From assembly GCA_046754105.1 (NCBI GenBank), contig JBHHVD010000047.1:1-24413 (forward strand): DNA of 24,413 bases. The letters are read 5' to 3'. The position numbers and the translations under genes were made by a program. Positions 22,841 to 24,413 of the stretch are shown here, in pieces. Each line of letters starts with the position of its first letter. Position 1 is the stretch's first letter. Source of the stretch: Candidatus Krumholzibacteriia bacterium (GTDB taxonomy: Bacteria > Krumholzibacteriota > Krumholzibacteriia > WVZY01). Below the pieces are notes generated by a model that saw only the letters and a list, made by a program, of their open reading frames with translations, was not told where the DNA came from and searched no databases.

Positions 22841-23287
22841 CTACGGACGCGCGTAATAAACCAATCCTTTTTCGCCCAGAATGTTGCCCGCAGTATCGAC
22901 CACCTCGACCGTCCACGAACCGGTCCATTCGGGCACGAAGTTCTTGCTCGAGTAGACGCGCCAGCGGGGGCCGCCAATTGCAAACGGCACCTCCGCCTTG
23001 TTCTCGCCCTCAAGGAGCCAGCGGTGGGTTACCGTGTTCCCTTCCATCCCCACGATCTCGGTGAAGAAGAACACTCTCGTCGAATCGGTCGCGAGCGAAT
23101 CGAGGTCGTCGACCGGTTCGCGGTCTACCACGCCGCTCGTGAAGATGGCCCTCGCCACGTGATCGGCTTGCGCCTGCGACGCGCCGCCCGATTGCGCGGA
23201 CACCGGCGGAGTCTCACGCACGCCGATACCTGCGACCGCCCAGCACGCAACGACGGTCACCACGACTACCAGATTCCGTTTCAACAT
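22841..23287 (-). CDS. Exported DUF2914-type (Ig-like) domain protein
   Basis: Signal/anchor, then ARA.FT.GV.DREPVD, VFFFTEI, V.HRW, GPRWRVYSSK, G.W.VEVV. SD AAGGAGG. Confidence 0.8.
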   Translation of the reverse strand: MLKRNLVVVVTVVACWAVAGIGVRETPPVSAQSGGASQAQADHVARAIFTSGVVDREPVDDLDSLATDSTRVFFFTEIVGMEGNTVTHRWLLEGENKAEVPFAIGGPRWRVYSSKNFVPEWTGSWTVEVVDTAGNILGEKGLVYYARP

Positions 23288-23365
23288 GTTCGTTACCTCC
23301 TTGCTCGCCCTCTTCGCCCGCGGGGGACGTTCACGAAAACGTATCCGCTGGCGCCGCGGGCCCGG

Positions 23366-23944
23366 TCAATCGACCGGCCGGTTGAGGTTTACCACATCGC
23401 GCCAGCCCGCCGGCATATCGACGGCAACGGTCCCGATCCTGCCCAGCAGGTCCTGCATCTTGAGACGACCGCGATCGATCTCCGCAGAGATGGCCGCACG
23501 CATCGATGCGCTGTAGAGACCGAAGAGCGGCTCGTAGCCCCTTTCGGAACGGAACACCACGGCCCCGGTTTCCCGCGGCGAGCGCGCTCGCGTTTCATCG
23601 AGTGTTTGCAACCACTCGGGTCGCACCCCGAGCCAGTCGCAGGCGGTGAGGAATATCCAGCCGCCTGCATCGTCCAGCGCGGTCAGAAGCCCTCCGATCG
23701 GGCCTTTCTCGGGGACGACGTCACCAATGGTTCGTAGCCCGAGGTCTGCGTAGCGGCCCGCGCGGTCGGCGACCACGGTGACCTCTCCCGCAACGCTCGC
23801 GAAAACCTGTGACACTCGTGTGATGAGCGGGGCGCCGTCCACCATGGCACGCGCCTTGTCGTTCCCGAAGCGACGGCTCTTGCCACCCGCCAGAATGTAA
23901 ACCGGGAGGGCGCCGCGCCGGTCGTCTGGATTCGTATTCGTCAT
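23366..23944 (-). CDS. mobA: Molybdenum cofactor guanylyltransferase
   Basis: ILAGGKSRRFGNDKA, GPIGG, ACD, EPLFGLY, NLN.P.D. SD GGAGG favours ATG 23944. Confidence 0.9.
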   Translation of the reverse strand: MTNTNPDDRRGALPVYILAGGKSRRFGNDKARAMVDGAPLITRVSQVFASVAGEVTVVADRAGRYADLGLRTIGDVVPEKGPIGGLLTALDDAGGWIFLTACDWLGVRPEWLQTLDETRARSPRETGAVVFRSERGYEPLFGLYSASMRAAISAEIDRGRLKMQDLLGRIGTVAVDMPAGWRDVVNLNRPVD

Positions 23945-24018
23945 GGCCCTCCGATGCGCCAACCGCCGGGCTCGACTCTAGCCCCGGGGTACGCCGGCCG
24001 TCAAGGGTCCGCCGCCCA

Positions 24019-24413
24019 TCAACGTTCCGCGGGCTGCACGCTCGCGGCCACCGACTTGAAGGCCGGTGTGCCCGACGCGCGATCGACCCGTTGCGGTACC
24101 AGCACGTTCGCCTCCGGGTAGTACATGGCGAGGTTCCCGGGCCGGATACCCACGATGGCGACGGATACTTCGAGACGACCCGTATCGTTCGACACTGTGA
24201 CCCGCTGACCCTCCTTGAAACCCAAACGCTGCGCGTCCTCCGCCGCCATCATAACCACGTCGCGCCGCTTGTTGCCCCGGTAGAGGTCCTCCTCGTCGTA
24301 CACCACGGTGTTGAACTGGCCCTCCGAGCGCAACGTCAAAAGACGAAACACGCGTGAAACGTCGAGATCCGCGGCGAACCGCGGCACCGGCGTGGGGTGA
24401 AAACTCGCCCTGC
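24019..24413 (-). CDS. 3' end (partial) of an FdhF/YdeP-family molybdopterin oxidoreductase
   Basis: TLRSEGQFNTVVY.EEDLYRG, MYYPEANVLVP, SGTPAFKS (molybdopterin dinucleotide-binding domain). The frame stays open to the window edge and the gene lies directly upstream of mobA. Confidence 0.85.
   Translation of the reverse strand, partial: RASFHPTPVPRFAADLDVSRVFRLLTLRSEGQFNTVVYDEEDLYRGNKRRDVVMMAAEDAQRLGFKEGQRVTVSNDTGRLEVSVAIVGIRPGNLAMYYPEANVLVPQRVDRASGTPAFKSVAASVQPAER

Overview
GC-rich bacterial chromosomal window with about 23 supported genes and no rRNA, tRNA, CRISPR array or transposase. Lipoproteins and an outer-membrane beta-barrel indicate a diderm. A C-terminal 'TTWGxxKxxFR' tail recalls Krumholzibacteriota/Latescibacterota/Eisenbacteria-type candidate phyla, which is a tentative guess from memory. 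Genes in order: an orphan secreted protein, an exported M1 aminopeptidase, an exported MsrA, a plant-like methionine gamma-lyase, a lipoprotein and beta-barrel pair, a tightly coupled minus-strand operon (Thr-type sulfatase-fold membrane enzyme, plant-like lysA, DUF2723/TMEM260-like glycosyltransferase, SGNH protein), a 36-aa RND permease remnant, arsM directly behind a Cys-tailed SigZ-type ECF sigma factor, an NhaP antiporter, a secreted NHL propeller, an amidinotransferase/DDAH-like enzyme, iorAB, a second lipoprotein, a CDF transporter, DUF2914, mobA and the 3' end of an FdhF/YdeP molybdoenzyme. The most interesting signals are non-coding. (1) Three exact sigma-54 promoters (TGG-N8-TTGC) precede the three uncharacterised envelope genes, and their structured leaders share motifs. 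(2) An ArsR-less sigZ-arsM unit has an ECF-like promoter. (3) FNR/CRP-like TTGA-N6-TCAA boxes recur in intergenic DNA. (4) An approximately 19-bp inverted repeat brackets the orphan gene. All family assignments come from motif recognition by eye; no database search was run.
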